Shown in pieces: positions 60,696-64,000 of a stretch of 64,000 nt of DNA (positions are counted from its first letter, which is position 1; each line of letters opens with the position of its first letter). Origin of the DNA: Vicugna vicugna (Eukaryota); the NCBI GenBank assembly GCA_013265495.1, contig MU058217.1, positions 372,001 through 436,000 on the forward strand, in the 5' to 3' direction. Under the pieces are notes generated by a model. The model saw nothing but the letters and a program-made list of their open reading frames with translations. It made no database searches and had not been told where the DNA came from. Both the position numbers and the translations under genes were made by a program.

Positions 60696-62894
60696 GCACC
60701 CGCACGCCCACACACTCACACATAATCTCCTTACAAACTGTCAGTTAACGTGCATGAGGACCCCCAGGTGTGTCATCAGTTGGAAGAACATAAACATGTC
60801 TAGTTTGCTAAAACTCCGAAGAGCAAAGATTTATTAACACTAGCCTTTTGGGGGCAAAATTTCAACCCTCTACTAGAAATACAGGTAAACATGGCCAGAA
60901 AAAAATTTTTTTTAAGTATTTGATTTCTTGGAAATATGGCCATTTGCAGAGAGGCCAATGTCCTGGTTCTCACTGTTCTAAACAGAGAAATCCCTTCCTA
61001 GCTTGGAAAGAACGGTTTCCAAGTCCTGTTTTGTTGTCCCTGTCCACTGACCTCAGCCCAGAGCAAGCAGCAAGCAGCAAGCACCTGCCAAGGAATTCGT
61101 TGTTACCACCTCCACTTCTGGCCTCAGCTACAGCTGAGTCACCTGGGAAACTCTCACACCAGTATTGACCCCATCACACTTCCACTGACTCAGAATTTGT
61201 GAAACATTCATTCAGTGTGTACTAAATGCCCACTGTATGCCAAGGCTTTAGGGCACCCGAGCACCAGGCCGGGTGGGGGGGGTTACGTATTCAGATATAA
61301 CTATGACTTTGTCATTGTTCTCAAGCAGCTTAGTCTGGGACAGAAGGTAAGAAATATATGCAATTGGCCCAATTCACGGCATGCAGTTAGCACGAGCTTG
61401 GGGTTGTGACAAAAGTCAGACCAATCCCTGAGATAAGCTGAAGCCCATCCGAACACAAGCACAGTCTTAATACCTTTAAGAGGTGTGACCTGTCGCGTGG
61501 TGGAGGGCACATGGAGTTCTGTCAACTCAAATCAAGTAATAATATTAAAAAGAGGTCTAGAAAGAATTCCCTGCAGAGGCAGAGGCTCTGATGGAAGGCT
61601 CTCCGTGCCTAGCAGGAAGACACGATAGACCTAAGAGAGTGGAGGACCGGTCGACCCCGACTCGGCTCGGGAGGAAGTGAGTCACAACCAAGATGGTCAA
61701 ACATACAGCAGAGTTGAAGGAATTTTCTGGAGAACAGCTGCACACCCACCACCTCGATTCTAACATCAACGCTTTCCTCGGCGTCATCACATAACTATCC
61801 TTCTATTCATCCCTTAGAGAGAGGTTTTCGAAATTATTTGCACAGTCTGTATGGAACTGGTATTACTCTTTAGAGAATGTAGCCTGTAAAAGGATGAGGA
61901 TAAGGGTTAGTATGAGATCTATCAATAAGCACGTGCTTTTAAGTTTAAATTGGAAACTTAAGGAAAACAGCATTGACTTCAGAAAATTTAAGACCCACCT
62001 GATAAGCCTGATGCAGTCAATGAAATAGAATTATGTCATAATTAAAGATTTGTTTGTCATAACAAGTATGTAAGATATGTACAATATTTAAAGCATCTAA
62101 TATCTTAAATATATTAATGCAGCATAAAATGTAAAAGGGCATTGGAATAACTAGTTTGGCACTAAAAATTAATCAAGGACCTCCATCACCAGGACCCAGC
62201 CTAGTAACTGGGCAGTAAATCACTGCGTGTTAGAGCGACAAACGAATCCCATATCCATGTCTTATTCACTGTTTGTCCCAGTACCTAGTGTAAAAATCTA
62301 GCACATAGTAGGTGCTTCACATCCTCACTGTCTGAACGAAAGAAATCAAGATGAGTCCCTAGATATCTGCCTGCTTCGCAAGCGCCGCTGCCTCTGTTCA
62401 CGCTGCCTCCTGCACTTGGCTTGGGAGGGGGTGAGCGGGATGAGTACAAACAGGAGGGCTTTGGGGAGAAGACCGGTACCTAAGGGACTGCAGCCTAGGA
62501 TGCTGGAAAGAAGACGCGTGAGAGCCGTCTGACGTGCAGATTTGTTTGCCCCCCTCCCCGCCAGACATCTGCCGAGCTACGATGATTTACTGCCCAGTTA
62601 CTGGCTGGATTCTGGTGGCGGAGCCAGCACCCCTATGTATGGCGCGCTGCCGAGAGGTCTCCGCGGAGAACTGCCAAGTCTATCAACTCTTTGAACCCTC
62701 GCAGCGGTCACGTGCAATAAATACGCTCCCCACGGGATGGATGGGGAAGCGGAGGCACAGAGCCGTGTATGAAGGGCTAGGAAACAAATACGCTGGACGT
62801 GAAGTCGGGCTGCGTGGGCCCCTGGCCTTGAGCTCTAACCCCGACGCTTGGTGTGTGTTCCCTCAGGACACACAGTCTCCTGCCACAACCCAAT

Positions 62895-63086
62895 CTACAT
62901 TCTAATAAAGGGGTGGTGCCTACATTCTAATAAGGGGCAGTGCCTACATTCTAATAAGGGGCAGTGCCTACATTCTAATGAGGGGGCAGTGTCTACATTG
63001 TAATAAGGGGGTGGTGTCTATATTCCAATAAGGGGCAGTTCTACATTCTAACTAGGGGCAGAGCCTACATTCTAATGAGGGGGTGG
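62895..63086. repeat. Minisatellite, about 8 copies of a 23-25 bp unit CTACATTCTAATAAGGGG(CA/TG)GTGC
   Basis: Unit starts at 62895, 62920, 62944, 62968, 62993, 63018, 63041, 63065. Confidence 0.95.
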
Positions 63087-63534
63087 ACACAGGAGAAAGT
63101 AGGGCAGTGACAGATGCTGTAATGACTGGAGGACTGGGCAGAAAGTGACCGAGGAGGCCACTCTCAATGAGGTGGCCTTGGAAGACTTGGATTGAAAGGA
63201 TACCTTGGCCTGAAACCTGAAGGATGGGAAGGCCCAACCACAGAGGAGCTGTGGTGTCCCAGGTGGAAGGACCAGCAAGCACAGAGGCTGGGACCAACGC
63301 TGGAGGCTACCTTCCCTGAGAGGCTCACGTTTCATCCAAGCAGCAGAAGAGATTCGATGGCTGCCACGAGGGGTGCTGTTTCATGTAACTGAGGACCTTC
63401 TCAGGTGAGTCTGGGGCCAACATGCTGGGTGCAGGCCCCTAGTGTGGCCCCCAGTGCCAGCCGTGCACGTGGGGGTCCCCGGCGGAGGGTGTTTGGGCCC
63501 CGGGGCACGTCCTTACCGAGCCCAGGGGACTCAC

Positions 63535-63656
63535 GTTTTGTTTGAAGCTGTGATTCTCAGAGCATTCGGAGTCGTCCTGCCAAATATCTGTGGAGTTCTC
63601 CTGCGTCTGCCAAGTGCCCCGAGACAGGCAGTATCTGTAGGCCCTTCCTGAGTTCT
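63535..63656 (-). CDS. GLP2R: GLP2R coding exon (C-terminal part of the extracellular hormone-binding domain); earlier exons lie beyond the window end
   Basis: ttcAG|ag aac tca...aac|GTgagt; (E)NSGRAYRYCLSRGTWQTQENSTDIWQDDSECSENHSFKQN; 122 nt. Confidence 0.95.
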
Positions 63657-64000
63657 CTGAAAGTAAACACAGCTCTAGGGGAAAGGTCAGAACACGCAGC
63701 CCGTCCCCTGAGCACGTGGGAAGGCCTTCGTCCGCACCGCAAAGCTGTGGGAAACCCCAGGGGAAAGGAATATTCATTTCCCCTTCTGGGGGTTCATTAG
63801 CAGCCTTGCTGTTTATTTGGGATGGAAAGGAAAACACGGAAGCCTCAGCATTTCGTAACAAACCATGAGCCGTTAATGTCCGTTGTGTTTACCCAAAGTC
63901 CCCGGAGCTAGAACAGTCCCCGGGGACTCAGAGACGGGACAGCCCTCCAAGGTGCAGCCCAGCTGGGAGAGGCAGACCTGGGGCTTCCCAGCGCCGGCAC

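Noticed and set aside
62895..63086. Regularly spaced ~24-bp repeats as a CRISPR-like array
   Set aside because: Units abut directly with no unique spacers, there are no cas genes, and the context is a mammalian intron; it is a minisatellite.
1..64000. A novel multi-gene biological system
   Set aside because: All credible coding sequence is explained by GAS7, RCVRN and GLP2R in their recalled conserved order; the remaining ORFs are repeat-derived or chance GC-rich frames.

Overview
Mammalian genomic DNA, not prokaryotic. A recurrent tRNA-derived SINE and artiodactyl-type Tigger1/L1 remnants point to a camelid (inferred from recalled repeat families, not from a search). Three spliced genes lie in the order recalled for human 17p13.1. 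(1) The last six coding exons of GAS7 (+, F-BAR domain, stop 13063-13065) with a ~5.7 kb 3' UTR. (2) The complete three-exon recoverin gene RCVRN (+, 22748-29840, 202 aa). (3) Ten coding exons (approx. exons 4-13) of GLP2R, a class B GPCR (-, 63656 down to 33447), convergent with RCVRN. All exon chains were checked by hand and have GT-AG boundaries and consistent phases. The rest is intronic or intergenic sequence rich in SINE, L1, L2, LTR and DNA-transposon remnants. I see no evidence of an undescribed multi-gene system. The best second-look items are an L1 insertion with a twin-priming inversion plus apparent 3' transduction, an in-frame tandem splice donor in GLP2R, unusual substitutions in recoverin (R36) and GLP2R TM3, CRX/OTX-type motif clusters, a dimeric SINE under one TSD, and a minisatellite apparently born from L2. 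Orthologue and repeat-family comparisons are from memory and need alignment or RepeatMasker confirmation.
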